64,000 nt of DNA from Nitrosarchaeum sp. (GCA_965223865.1 OZ245020.1:1824001-1888000); one strand, 5' to 3'. Positions 41,778 to 52,734 are shown, counted from the first letter of the stretch. The notes: generated by a model not told the origin, from the letters alone. Numbers and translations: made by a program.

Positions 41778-42285
41778 ACTCTTTTCACACATTATGATAT
41801 GTTGTTATGTCTTGACAGTCAGCAATATTTCATATTGGACCAACAAAATAAGATAATTTTACAGACAAGCATTCAAAGACATCACATGTACGGTAAAGAT
41901 AAAGCATTACGGTCGTTCCAATTATCGCATCCAAAGTAACAAGACTAGCAATGCTGTAATCAGTTGTTTTGAGTAATGGCTTAGTTCGGTGCTCATTTGA
42001 TGCTATTACTGTGACAAATCAGAGATTTTAGTTTGCTTTTTATTTTCTTTAAAAAAATACCAATTTTTATCTGAAAAATAAATGAATGTTAACTAGCTGG
42101 AAAAATCAATTTTTATTTTATGAAATCATACAAATTATCGATAGCAATTGATTGAATAGAAACATCAACTCGATGAAAAAGAGCTGGTGGGTGACGAATC
42201 AAAGGATTCCAAGCCTGGTTTTCAAGATATTGCTATCAAGCTTATTTTACAATGAGTGTATCCGGAAAATTTTTGAAGACGTCAA

Positions 42286-42633
42286 TTACAGTAACTTTAA
42301 TGCTTCATCAATTATTTTTGTATGATCAGCTTTGACATCAGTCGTTAGGTAGATCAGGTGTTCTGTTCCCATAGGAATTGTAATACGCTTAACCTTGGCA
42401 TATTCTGCCAAGACGTATTTGCCTTCCCCAATCTTGTCTGAAAGCTCATTACGTGCATTCCAAGAATTTATTGCTTGTTGAAGTGATTTTTTGCTTTCTT
42501 CTGGAGTCAGAACGTTTGTTACACCTTCACTATGTCCAGTGTGTTCAATTTTTCCATCTTTGTTTGCAATTGTAGCAAATCGAATCTGAGGATCAATGGC
42601 CAAGATTTTGTCATACAATGCCTTGTAGTCCAT
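42286..42633 (-). CDS. Roadblock/profilin-like thaumarchaeal protein (DUF6659-like)
   Basis: ILAIDPQIRFATI...IGEGKYVLAEYAKVKRITIP; paralog at 49105. Confidence 0.75.
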   Translation of the reverse strand: MDYKALYDKILAIDPQIRFATIANKDGKIEHTGHSEGVTNVLTPEESKKSLQQAINSWNARNELSDKIGEGKYVLAEYAKVKRITIPMGTEHLIYLTTDVKADHTKIIDEALKLL

Positions 42634-42715
42634 AATAGATAATGTACGTTATTTGATGAAAAGTTTTCTTTCCAGATGATTGATCAGAAAATCATGAATA
42701 GTGACAAAATAACCA

Positions 42716-42970
42716 TTATGCAGGGACGGATAATTTTTTCATGTAATCGTAATGGGTTCTCAAAAAATCCATGATCTTTCTGTCTTCTTTTTTGTCAATT
42801 GGAGCTCCGTTTGCAAGAATGCTAAGATACCTCAAGTTAGATTCTAGTTGATGAAGCGATTTCTTAATTCCCTCATCATAGTTTAACCTCAAAAATTCTA
42901 TAATATTATCTTCTGTCTGCAAAATATCCTTTTCCAACTTTTTGATGTCTTGACGAACATCAGCTTGCAT
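42716..42970 (-). CDS. Hypothetical protein
   Basis: 84-aa ORF. Confidence 0.65.
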   Translation of the reverse strand: MQADVRQDIKKLEKDILQTEDNIIEFLRLNYDEGIKKSLHQLESNLRYLSILANGAPIDKKEDRKIMDFLRTHYDYMKKLSVPA

Positions 42971-43183
42971 CAGAATCTTATCAACAAAATAAAAAATAAC
43001 TTTGATTCTCGAATTTCTTTATCATTGTAAAGATTATTGAAAAAAAGTAAACAAATTTTGGAACCAAATCAGACACAAGTTATAATACTGCATATTCTTA
43101 GTTGAGACAGTCAAAACCAGGACTGCATTACAAACTATACAATTTGTAGAATTTCTTATATTAGATAAAACTGGATGCACCTC

Positions 43184-43333
43184 ATGGGGGACAGGTGCCA
43201 GAACTGCAACAAAAAGATGGACTATCAGTGGCTCACGCACTGTTCTGATGAGTGCCTCTTAGATGCCATAAAGGACAGCAAGTCAATAAGCAACACTCCC
43301 ATAGAGGACTGGGACTCTAATCCTTGGGTATAG
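43184..43333 (+). CDS. Treble-clef (TRASH-like) Zn-finger microprotein
   Basis: MGDRCQNCNKKMDYQWLTHCSDECLLDAIKDSKSISNTPIEDWDSNPWV. Confidence 0.7.
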   Translation: MGDRCQNCNKKMDYQWLTHCSDECLLDAIKDSKSISNTPIEDWDSNPWV

Positions 43334-43440
43334 GACCAAGTGTTCAAATCCACAATATAGCATGACTTGTAGTGGTTCGTGAAAAGATATTTCAAGAATC
43401 ATTTTTCGCACCCTTCGTCTAGATCCTGTTGAGACATAAC

Positions 43441-43539
43441 TCAGATCTTTCTGCATATGTCACATACTGCCTCAAACGTATCCTCATCTAATGCAACGGA
43501 TACTCCTGATGAATAACATCTGCGACAAAGTCCTATCAT
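43441..43539 (-). CDS. Zn-ribbon microprotein (32 aa)
   Basis: MIGLCRRCYSSGVSVALDEDTFEAVCDICRKI. Confidence 0.7.
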   Translation of the reverse strand: MIGLCRRCYSSGVSVALDEDTFEAVCDICRKI

Positions 43540-43548
43540 GCCTGGTAG

Positions 43549-43665
43549 TTACCTCCTGCATTTTTCGCACAGAGGAATTGTAGTCACGCCTATCTCATTT
43601 AATAACACTTCAGTGAGAAACGTCTCTACTTGTCCAACTTTACATTTATGGCATGTGCCTATCAT
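43549..43665 (-). CDS. Zn-ribbon microprotein (38 aa)
   Basis: MIGTCHKCKVGQVETFLTEVLLNEIGVTTIPLCEKCRR. Confidence 0.7.
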   Translation of the reverse strand: MIGTCHKCKVGQVETFLTEVLLNEIGVTTIPLCEKCRR

Positions 43666-43830
43666 GAAAATACCGACTAGTCTTAGATAATTTCAACCAA
43701 GCGATTTAATTTTGATTCGATCAGAGTCAATTTTTGCTCATTTAGCCGTTTACAGTAATATCATCATGTTGGCAGATTTGATTATAGATTGACAGATTGT
43801 TATCTTACAACGATTGACAGATGCAAGTCG

Positions 43831-43983
43831 TCACTTGAATTTTTTTAGACCTTCAGATAGTACTTGGTTTATCACGTTAGAAAAACTGACAGAGCCTTCG
43901 GATTTTTTCAGTTGTTGTGCCTGAATGCCTCTAAGCTTTGCAGCAATTTCGTCATCAAGCATTATTGTTATTCTTTTTGACAT
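43831..43983 (-). CDS. Ribbon-helix-helix DNA-binding protein
   Basis: MSKRITIMLDDEIAAKLRGIQAQQLKKSEGSVSFSNVINQVLSEGLKKFK. Confidence 0.8.
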   Translation of the reverse strand: MSKRITIMLDDEIAAKLRGIQAQQLKKSEGSVSFSNVINQVLSEGLKKFK

Positions 43984-44356
43984 GAGTATCATGCCAGAAT
44001 TCAAAACTTTGTTTCATAGCATCTATAACGTCGTTATTAGCAAACAGTATTTTGGATTGTGAAGATCCTTTCTCTTTTTTTGTAGTTACAGTCATAAGTC
44101 TTAAAAGGGATTTAAAAAATTAAAGGTTGTTTTGTTTTTGATTTACAGTTATTCAAATTATTGTAAAAAAGAAGACAAATTTTCAAAAAGGTTAGTAACT
44201 TGTCCATTTAACTTGATAAAGAATTACAATCAGAGATTTATAGGTAATAGATCTAACTGAGGAACCTAAATCTAACATTAAAACCACAATACATAATATT
44301 TGCATTTTTTGCTCTGTTAAAAAATATGTTATTAATGAAAAGGACCCAAGTAATGT

Positions 44357-45286
44357 GTGGAAGAATATCTTGAAGAGGTTTTCAATAAATGTTCACAAGA
44401 TACATGTAACAAGGGTCCGCTAGTTACAGATACAGAATCAGGTGAAGTGATGTGTGCAGCCTGCGGAATAGTACTAGAAGAAAAGATTGAAGAAAGAGGT
44501 TACGAAAATAGCATATTTACAAAAGGAGATAATATCTCAAACAGCAGAGTTGGTCCAAGACTGAAGCTGTCATTATATGATATGGGCTTGTCAACAATAA
44601 TCCATTCACGAAATGCTGACTCATCAGGTAAACGACTATCAGGTAAGATTAGAGAGGAATTTTATCGTTTGAGAAAATGGGATATGTATTCCAAATCAAA
44701 ACGAAACAAAAAGTATACTGAGCCTTTTATAATGCTTGATGCAATAAGAGCCAAGCTTAACCTGTCAGAATCAGTAGTAGAAAAAGCTGCACAGATGTAT
44801 AGAAAAGCTGTATCTCACAATCTCACAAACGGTAGAAGCAAGCCAGTACTTATTTCAGCTGCCATTTATGCTGCATGCAGGTCCACCAATACTCCAAGGA
44901 CTCTAAAAGACGTTGCAGATGCTGCCAATGTGAAAAGAAAAAATCTTCAGAAAACATACAGAATTTTAGCTAATGGTTTAGAACTGACTTTGGATACTTA
45001 TGATCCAATCGATTTTATCACAAGACTCGCATCCTCTGTTGGAGTGAAAGAAAAGACTAGACTGGATGCAATAGAGTTGCTTCTAAGAGCAAGAGAAATG
45101 GAGATCACTTCTGGAAAAAATCCCATAGGAGTGGCATCTGCTGCTTTGTACTTGTCATGTGTTTATAACAGAGAAAATATCACTCAAATGCAAATTGCAG
45201 AAGCTGCTGGAGTAACCAATGTTACTGTAAGGGCTAGATACCACGATCTACTAAAGGAGGTAAAAGATAATACCATTTTGTTTTAA
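44357..45286 (+). CDS. tfb: Transcription initiation factor IIB paralog
   Basis: Zn ribbon (TDTESGEVMCAACG), two cyclin repeats, SGKNPIGVASAALY, TQMQIAEAAGVTNVTVR. Confidence 0.95.
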   Translation: MEEYLEEVFNKCSQDTCNKGPLVTDTESGEVMCAACGIVLEEKIEERGYENSIFTKGDNISNSRVGPRLKLSLYDMGLSTIIHSRNADSSGKRLSGKIREEFYRLRKWDMYSKSKRNKKYTEPFIMLDAIRAKLNLSESVVEKAAQMYRKAVSHNLTNGRSKPVLISAAIYAACRSTNTPRTLKDVADAANVKRKNLQKTYRILANGLELTLDTYDPIDFITRLASSVGVKEKTRLDAIELLLRAREMEITSGKNPIGVASAALYLSCVYNRENITQMQIAEAAGVTNVTVRARYHDLLKEVKDNTILF

Positions 45287-45526
45287 ATATTTTTGAGATT
45301 AAAAGAAATTATATAAACACATTTTCAGGTATCAAATCAAGTAGTTTTTATTTTTGAGATTGCTGATATACAAAACAAGCGACTTGAGTTATTACAAGCA
45401 AAAACCATGTATTGATTGTAAGAGAATAAAATGCGAGATAAACTGTAACTGTGATTGTCATTATAATTTTAGAAATGGATAATAATACCAGTTTTCACAA
45501 TAAAATAGATTCAATAGTCTTATGTA

Positions 45527-45712
45527 TTGATTGAAATTTGTAAAATGTTGTTTGATACTGATAATTTCAATTTGTGTCCTTTGTGTTTAAGTGATGGGCA
45601 TTCCATTAAATTGGAATTAACGGAATCCATGTTGTTAGTATGCAAGAGATGTTCTCATGCATTTGAAGTAAAACAAAATGAAAATAGAATGCTTTCTAGT
45701 ACCATGAATTAA
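45527..45712 (+). CDS. Zn-ribbon protein
   Basis: CPLC...CKRC. Confidence 0.55.
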   Translation: MIEICKMLFDTDNFNLCPLCLSDGHSIKLELTESMLLVCKRCSHAFEVKQNENRMLSSTMN

Positions 45713-46034
45713 TTTTCAAAGAAGCAAGCATTAACTATATTTTTAATCTGACAGCTTTATTTTGGCATATTTGCTATGTTAGTATTGCAATAATGGAAAC
45801 AATTGCTTCTTTAGGTTCAACATTTAGGAACAAATGTCAAAAAATTGAATTAGATTTACATTTCTGGGTGATCTAAAGAAAATCTGTATAAATCAAATAT
45901 TTTAAAAATTATTGCAAATAGATAATATTGGTCAAAATTTATTTAATTTTTATTGTGTTTACATCAAAAATATACGGATTTCTCAGTTTACTTATTGCAC
46001 AATATAATGAGTGATTATGAGGTTTTGATGATAA

Positions 46035-46124
46035 TTGAGAAAGGCATTTGTACTAATCAACTGTGATTTGGGAAAAGAAGCAGATAAGATGTCTTCTCAT
46101 CATGAGGTATTTTGGATAAAATAA
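46035..46124 (+). pseudogene. Lrp/AsnC ligand-binding-domain remnant
   Basis: MRKAFVLINCDLGKE matches the N-terminus of thaumarchaeal Lrp/AsnC proteins, then similarity is lost. Confidence 0.55.
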
Positions 46125-46241
46125 TATTTTAGTAGATTTGCAGGATTTGTTAATAGATTTTAAGATATATTTGAAAAAACCAAATAAATATTAGTGAAAA
46201 TAATCTAATCTTTAATTTTTAATTTGACGTAGTTATGTCAT

Positions 46242-46450
46242 ATGATTGAAGATTTCAATACTCAGATCATGGAACAAGAGACATCAGCTACAAATTATGT
46301 AGTGGTTTTTTCTGACCAAACAGAAAATTATTGTATAGGAATGGTAGATATGGTAAATTCTACAAAAATGGCAGCTGAATTGGGAGGCCCAAAAATGTCC
46401 ATCTATTATCAAATTTTTCTAAATTTCATGTCTAAGATTTTGAGTCATTT
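46242..46450 (+). pseudogene. Class III adenylate/guanylate cyclase N-terminal fragment
   Basis: YCIGMVDMVNSTK...YYQIFLNFMSKILSHFG, truncated before the GD motif. Confidence 0.7.
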
Positions 46451-47899
46451 TGGGAACAAAATACTGGAGCCTATCAAACATTCAAAAACAGAGAGGACAG
46501 ATGGACAAAACTTGGGAATTTCTTGGAATTTTAGATAAATCAACAATCTCGTGCTGTATGGTTATAGTTCCAATAACAACGGATGTGAAACAGGCCATAC
46601 TTGCAGCATCAAACATTTCAGGACAGTCATCCAAAAACCCATACAACAATCCAATCCGCTCCTTTGAGGTTTGGTGGGACAAATCACAAAAACAACTGCA
46701 GATAGTACTGTGTTCGCATACAAGAGAAGATCTAGAAAAATTCAAGATGTCATTTAATGTAATGTATCCCAATACATCATTTGTAAATTTGAATAGAATA
46801 ACACCAAAGTGGTATCATCCTACCAAGATACAATACCAAACATTTGATGTTTCTACATATCATGGCCATTATTCTACTGCTCTTGATAAAACAAATTCTC
46901 ATCATATCATAACTAGAATTGCAAATACGATACAACTATCTGACAAAGCCTGGATACAGTTTGTATTTGCACCATACAACTTTACACCATATCTCAAGTT
47001 ACATCTAAGCAGACTAAATCAAAAGATCAAGACAGTAACTACTAAAAAATACAGAACATGGATTGAAGAACTACAAAACAAAAAACCATATGAGAATCCT
47101 GAAAACGGTTTGGACTTTTACAATCATTACAAGGAATTGCAATCGAACACATCACAAAAGATGCAAGACTCTCACGTCATGATGAGCATAAGAGGATTGG
47201 TACAATCAGAAAACAACAACAATTTACCAGAATCAATCTCATCATTTGAAGATATAAAATCAAACCATGATCATCTTACCACATACAACTATAACTATTC
47301 TAAATTTTACAACATCAAATCAAATAGAGCTGGTTGTCCAATCAGGATAAACAACACAAAGAAGAGATTTCAGAGAATCTCCATATTTGAATTAAGATTG
47401 CTGCCATCTCCTAGAAAATATCTAGAAAGAGCAATCAAGGACTATTTTGAGCAGTCCATAATTTTTGGAGAGTACAAAACAAGAAAACCTCTTCCATTTT
47501 TGATTTTAAATCCATCAGAATTATCATTATTCATTCACCTACCAAATCCTACCATCACTAAAAATCTTCAAATCACAAGAAATGTATCACTACCATCAAA
47601 ACAGACTAGTAAAATTGGTCTCAATATTGGATATTTCAACAAGATTGAGGCTAAAAATCAGGAAATTTACGGTGATTTGGTCAAATCAACTGATAATGAC
47701 TGTGCAGTAATCTCTCCTGAAGATTTCTCTAGACACATCTATTGTGTTGGAGGATCCAGAACATGCCATATACAACATGAAGAAATGGTCCAAGATGGGA
47801 TTTGACATGTGTCATGTGTGGTCTACTAGCAAGAAACTACAAGAGATTTATGACAAACAGATTGATGATACTGAAAATGTCAAGGTGTTTGTTGTTTAA
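46450..47899 (+). pseudogene. VirD4/TraD-like (HerA/FtsK superfamily) coupling protein with the ATPase domain deleted
   Basis: Long N-terminal domain ends at EDFSRHIYCVGG, the Walker A entry; an out-of-frame tail DPEHAIYNMKKW...VKVFVV ends at 47899. Confidence 0.6.
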
Positions 47900-47921
47900 C
47901 ATTGTGTTTACAAAGTTATGT

Positions 47922-48221
47922 TTACAGTTCAAGATCTTTTAATGGGTTTACAAACGGTTCTTCTGGTTCTTTTTTCTCTTCGTTTGTAATTGGTTTCTTA
48001 CTTGTATTGTCTTGATGTGATATTACTCTATTGATTTCAGCTTTTGTAAACTGTGGATCATGTTTTTTCATTACAATGACAGAATCATCAATAAGTTCAA
48101 CTAACAAGTAGCTGTTATGATCAAGATTCATCTTTTTGACTATTTCAGCTGGAATCCCAAAGCATAATGTGTTGTTTCCTTCCATCCAGACATTTTTGAC
48201 ATATCGTAGTGTTTCACCCAT
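47922..48221 (-). CDS. AbrB/SpoVT-like DNA-binding protein
   Basis: GNNTLCFGIPAEIVKKMNLDHNSYL. Confidence 0.7.
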   Translation of the reverse strand: MGETLRYVKNVWMEGNNTLCFGIPAEIVKKMNLDHNSYLLVELIDDSVIVMKKHDPQFTKAEINRVISHQDNTSKKPITNEEKKEPEEPFVNPLKDLEL

Positions 48222-48254
48222 AAAATATTCTAATAAAATCTGATTTAACCAGGA

Positions 48255-48297
48255 TCAGGAAGTTCCTGACCGTCAGTCAATTACTGACCATCAGTAA
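48255..48297. promoter_or_regulatory. Cluster of three closely spaced inverted repeats
   Basis: TCAGGAA-G-TTCCTGA, CTGAC-C-GTCAG, TTACTGA-CCA-TCAGTAA. Confidence 0.55.
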
Positions 48298-48466
48298 ACT
48301 CAGGATCCATTTTCAGAATAATTTATTTAACAAAAGGGCCTATCTAGGCACGAATTTGGCCCAAAATTATGATTCTTTGGTTCAGTGGTGTGGTTCACAG
48401 AAAAGTTCGCAATTATACTATAACCTAATTTCTAATCCTTTTTTTCTTTTATTGTTGTTATTTCTG

Positions 48467-48727
48467 TCATTTCGTATCTGTATTATTTCTAAAGTTTGTA
48501 GAGAATTCCTTCAAAAACTTGTTGTATGATTCCATCATCGATAATCTCATGTTAAGATATCCCTTAAAGAATTCATTTGACATATCAATTTGAAATGTGT
48601 AAAATTTTGAGTATGATTCCAGATAATTATCCAATACACTGATGGAGTTTTCATCCATACCAAAATTCCCAAACATCTTGTTTTCTATAGTATAACCAAT
48701 GTCATAGATTTCCTCTAATAATTTCAT
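48467..48727 (-). CDS. Hypothetical protein
   Basis: 86-aa ORF. Confidence 0.5.
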   Translation of the reverse strand: MKLLEEIYDIGYTIENKMFGNFGMDENSISVLDNYLESYSKFYTFQIDMSNEFFKGYLNMRLSMMESYNKFLKEFSTNFRNNTDTK

Positions 48728-48894
48728 GTATTCTCTGGAATAATCAGAAAATGATTTGATGTAGGGGCATTTGGGATTCTAATCTCTTTATCATCTTCAA
48801 GGTGTGTTTTTCCATGGTTTCAGATACTGAAAGTGATGATGATTGTGGTCTTGTTTCAGACAATACATTAGAATTGAATTTTAGGTATTTTAAT

Positions 48895-49101
48895 CTAGAT
48901 TCTAGATTTTTCTGTTTTTTTCCTGTACTGGTTACCTTTTGGTTTACTTCTTAACATGTATCCACAACATGGACACCACAATCCTTCCCATTTTATGTAA
49001 ATTGAACATATGGTACATCTTTTGGCACCTTTCTTGTACCAGGAATCATCTTGTTTTCCTTTGGTGATTTTATACCTGTGACATGTACCTTGGCAGACCA
49101 T
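48895..49101 (-). CDS. Cys-rich Zn-binding small protein
   Basis: CQGTC...RCTIC...WCPCCG. Confidence 0.8.
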   Translation of the reverse strand: MVCQGTCHRYKITKGKQDDSWYKKGAKRCTICSIYIKWEGLWCPCCGYMLRSKPKGNQYRKKTEKSRI

Positions 49102-49104
49102 GAT

Positions 49105-49470
49105 CTAGTTATCAGAAATATTATTGATCAAATCCAGTATTTCATTAATGATTTTCTGGTGATCATTTTTCATTTCGGTGTGAACCATCAAAAGATAGTT
49201 GTCATTTATGGGAAACGACATTCTTTTCATCTTTTCGTATTCACCCATGGAATATCTGTTCTTTCCGATTCTGTATTCGATGTTTTTTCTTGTATCCCAT
49301 CTTTGTACGGCATAAAAGTGGACCATCTTCAATTCGTCTTCTGTAAGTATAGGAGTCATTCCTTTTCTGTATCCTCCACATATCTTCTCGCCATTTTTGG
49401 CCATAATTATGGCATACTGGATTGACTCGTCTATGTTCATTATTTTTTCATAAAATTTCTCAAAGTCCAT
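49105..49470 (-). CDS. Roadblock/profilin-like protein (DUF6659-like)
   Basis: Paralog of 42286-42633. Confidence 0.75.
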   Translation of the reverse strand: MDFEKFYEKIMNIDESIQYAIIMAKNGEKICGGYRKGMTPILTEDELKMVHFYAVQRWDTRKNIEYRIGKNRYSMGEYEKMKRMSFPINDNYLLMVHTEMKNDHQKIINEILDLINNISDN

Positions 49471-49550
49471 AGGAAAGTTTCAATAAAGTTGTTAAAATAA
49501 GATCTTATCAAGATAACTTTTGACAAAATCATAGTGAATTAATTTTTGGA

Positions 49551-49700
49551 TTAAATCCCACCAACATGATCAGTCCAATACTCTGAAGGATTAGTAAATT
49601 TTCTCTTCTTTGGATGAGCCTTAGTGTAGTGTCTATCTAATCTTTCTTGATTGGCAAATTTCATCTTACATTCTTTACAAATATGACTACTAGAATCCAT
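49551..49700 (-). CDS. C2H2 Zn-finger microprotein
   Basis: MDSSSHICKECKMKFANQERLDRHYTKAHPKKRKF... Confidence 0.75.
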   Translation of the reverse strand: MDSSSHICKECKMKFANQERLDRHYTKAHPKKRKFTNPSEYWTDHVGGI

Positions 49701-49828
49701 TAGATGGTAACAGTTGTCATAATTTGTTAAAAGTTTGTTCCTAGTTTAAGAAAATTCATGAGAGAATCTGTCAAAGTCCAAATGATTAGCCCTATTGTCT
49801 TATAATCAATAACACAACAACCACCACT

Positions 49829-50344
49829 ATGAAAAAGATCATATTGTACATAGCCTCAAGTCTGGATGGATATATCGCAAGAAAGAACGGAGATATAGAT
49901 TGGCTTCCAGAAAGTGGCACATCTTGATACAATGAATTTTACAAAACCATAGATACAGTGGTTATGGGCAAAACAACATACAATCAGGTACTAACATTTG
50001 GAGAGTACCCTTACAAAGACAAGAAATCTTTTGTATTTACTAGAAAAAACAACGACAAAACAAAAGAAGATGAAAACGTAGAGTTTGTATCTGATGTTGA
50101 TAAATTTGTAAAATATATTCTTCCTGATTTGGATGGAAACATTTGGTTAGTTGGAGGTGGGAAAATCATCTCGTCTTTTGTTAATCATGGAATAGTAAAT
50201 GAAATAATACTATCTATTATCCCAGTAGTTCTTGGAAATGGAATACCATTGTTCAAGAACATACAAAAAGAAACAAATCTTGAATTAGTAAAAACCATAT
50301 CATATGATAAACTAGTTGAATTACACTACAGAGTCTTAAGATAA
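49829..50344 (+). pseudogene. Dihydrofolate reductase-like (RibD C-terminal) gene with in-frame TGA
   Basis: MKKIILYIASSLDGYIA...TS*YNEF...VMGKTTY...WLVGGG; stop at 49925-49927. Confidence 0.85.
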
Positions 50345-50564
50345 CAAAAAAACTATTGTTAGTTTGATTTTCTCAGGAGAAATCCCCACTCTCTGTCAAG
50401 AGGAAAATGTCATAATATGACTTCCAATAATATGAATCACGCAGTAAATTATTCTGAAGAAGGAGAATATGATTTGACTAATTCAGTAATGAGTGATACC
50501 GTAAAAAAGTAGAATTCTTTATGAATTTATTTGATTGATGGTTAGATACACAAGGGAAAATAAA

Positions 50565-50696
50565 ATGACTAATAATAGATACGAAAAACTAATCAGATTT
50601 GCAAATGAAGAAATCCTGGAGAAAGGCAATCTAGATGTCATTGACGAGGCCTTTGATACCAGTTACATTTTGCATGCAGTACGGTCAACGCTGTAA
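50565..50696 (+). pseudogene. SnoaL/ester-cyclase N-terminal remnant
   Basis: EEILEKGNLDVIDEAFDTSYILH, then truncated. Confidence 0.55.
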
Positions 50697-50790
50697 GTTT
50701 TGAATCAAATTTTGTTGGTTGTTCTTGAGTTTTTATCATAAGCGAGAATCATAATCCTTACTTAAATTAAAAAAATTTGGTAAAGGAACA

Positions 50791-51216
50791 ATGGCTGGTT
50801 CAATTAACAAAATACTGGTTCCTATGGATGGTTCAAGAAATTCCTACAGAGGTCTAGATCAAGCAATCCGTTTGGCAGATTCAGTTAATGCCTCAATAAC
50901 TGGATTGTATGTAACACCCTCAAGCATTCCAAGTGCCTCTCCAATGACTGCAGGCATTCGAGATAACATCAAAAAAGAGGCAGACTCCATCATGGAGAGC
51001 GCAAGAAGAAAGGCAGTTAGTCAAGGAGTAGAGTTTCAAGAAAGAATAACTAGCGGCAATGTGGGTTCTGCAATATCTACATATGCAGACCATAACAAGT
51101 TTGATGTAGTTGTTATAGGAAGCAGAGGTCTATCAGGAGTAAAACAATCACTACTTGGCAGCGTAGCAAACCACGTAGTTCATGCCGCAAAAGCATCGGT
51201 ACTGGTTGTAAAATAA
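50791..51216 (+). CDS. Universal stress protein
   Basis: KILVPMDGS...VIGSRGLSG...LGSVANHVVH. Confidence 0.93.
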   Translation: MAGSINKILVPMDGSRNSYRGLDQAIRLADSVNASITGLYVTPSSIPSASPMTAGIRDNIKKEADSIMESARRKAVSQGVEFQERITSGNVGSAISTYADHNKFDVVVIGSRGLSGVKQSLLGSVANHVVHAAKASVLVVK

Positions 51217-51309
51217 AAAATCCAGTATTCCTTTTTTTGATTATATTATTTCAGAATATTAAAAGGACAAATGTATGCTATTTTCCCACATCATCATCAT
51301 GTTTTTTGC

Positions 51310-52170
51310 TTATTTGTCCAGGTAAATTGCCTTTAGCACATCTGTCTTGCTTACAACTCCACCAAGTTTACCATTGATGTTTACGCCCAACCCGTTGATG
51401 TTGTTTTCAATCATGATTTTGCATGCCTGGGCCAAATCCTCTTCAAAGTCAATGCTAATGACATTCCTGCTCATTACATCTTTTGCCTGAATGGTCTTTC
51501 CAAAGCCAGAGTCAGAGAGAAATCCCTTTCTTGTAAAGAATACAGAAATTGCAGGATCAGAGTTATCTAGTACGCTGTCAGAGTTTCCCTGCTCTAATGC
51601 GACATTAAATAAATCTCGAAATGTCAGTATGCCCTCAAGATCATTACTGCTGTTGTTTTTCAGAAATAATCTTGAAATTTTTTCATCAACCATCTTTGAT
51701 ACTATATCCTTGAGATGGTCTTCTGAGTTCATTGAAACATAGGATATTGTCATGACATCACCAACACTGTGTTGGCCTTTGTAATTTTGGATATAATGGG
51801 CAACAAGATCAGTCTTTGTAATTATCCCCTCCAGTCTCTTGCGGTTTGAAACAACTCCCAATGAACCAATTTTCTTATCAAGCATCATCTCAACACAACT
51901 CTCTATATTCATCGAATCGTGCACAGACATGAGATTATTCATAATTTGGGAAACTGGAATGTCATCAAGGTTCTTTTCAGTATCATCGTTTAACAAAAAC
52001 AACCCGATGTTTTTTTCTGTGATTATCCCAACAGGAGAATCCTCTTCTTCTGTAATTACCAGTCTGCTGATGTTATTCTTTGAAAGCTCAGAAATCACAT
52101 GAGACAACGAAGAGTTTTTGTCAGTTGTTATTGGTTCTTTTGAAATGGAATGCAAGTACGACATTATCAC
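51310..52170 (-). CDS. Four-CBS-domain protein
   Basis: GIITEKN, GIITKTD, GILTFRD, GVVSKTD. Confidence 0.9.
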   Translation of the reverse strand: MIMSYLHSISKEPITTDKNSSLSHVISELSKNNISRLVITEEEDSPVGIITEKNIGLFLLNDDTEKNLDDIPVSQIMNNLMSVHDSMNIESCVEMMLDKKIGSLGVVSNRKRLEGIITKTDLVAHYIQNYKGQHSVGDVMTISYVSMNSEDHLKDIVSKMVDEKISRLFLKNNSSNDLEGILTFRDLFNVALEQGNSDSVLDNSDPAISVFFTRKGFLSDSGFGKTIQAKDVMSRNVISIDFEEDLAQACKIMIENNINGLGVNINGKLGGVVSKTDVLKAIYLDK

Positions 52171-52175
52171 TCACG

Positions 52176-52591
52176 TTATTTGATCAAGTATACTGGAATC
52201 TTGGATTTGTGAAGGACATGGTTTGAGACACTTCCAATCATGTCCCCTTTTGCAGTTCCTGATCCAGTGGTACTCATTACAATGTGGTCAAACTTGCCAT
52301 TTCTTGCAACATTTAGGGTTACGTGGCTTGGGGAACCCCTAAGTAATTTTGTGGCAAACTTGACGTTTTTGTTTCCTGCACGTTTTGTTGCCTTTTTGAG
52401 CAGTGCTTCTCCGTCATCTTGTAATTGCTTATCAAATGCTTTTGTTCTGGGACACCTTCTGGAACATGTGGTATCACATGGATGCATGTTACTTGCCCAT
52501 GGGTAAAGCCTGCAAGAGTTATTGCCCTGTCTAGCGCCTCGAAGGATTTTTTTGAGCCATCAACAGGAACCAAAATTCTGTTAAGATCCAT
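52176..52591 (-). pseudogene. Universal stress protein, frameshifted near 52455
   Basis: RILVPVDGS in one frame, IGSVSNHVLHKSKIPV in another. Confidence 0.85.
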
Positions 52592-52734
52592 AACAATTCA
52601 GCTCAAAAAGGGTTCAATATTAACAGTGATATCCAATTCCATTGCTGGAAAATAATTTGTGTTTTGAAAAGCCATGAACGATTTATTAGTTATTCTTGTT
52701 CCTTTTATTGATATTTTGACGTTATCTATAACAT

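Noticed and set aside
49925-49927. In-frame TGA as possible selenocysteine or readthrough
   Set aside because: The position fits a Gly codon (GGA to TGA) in a non-redox family, and neighbouring genes are also decaying.
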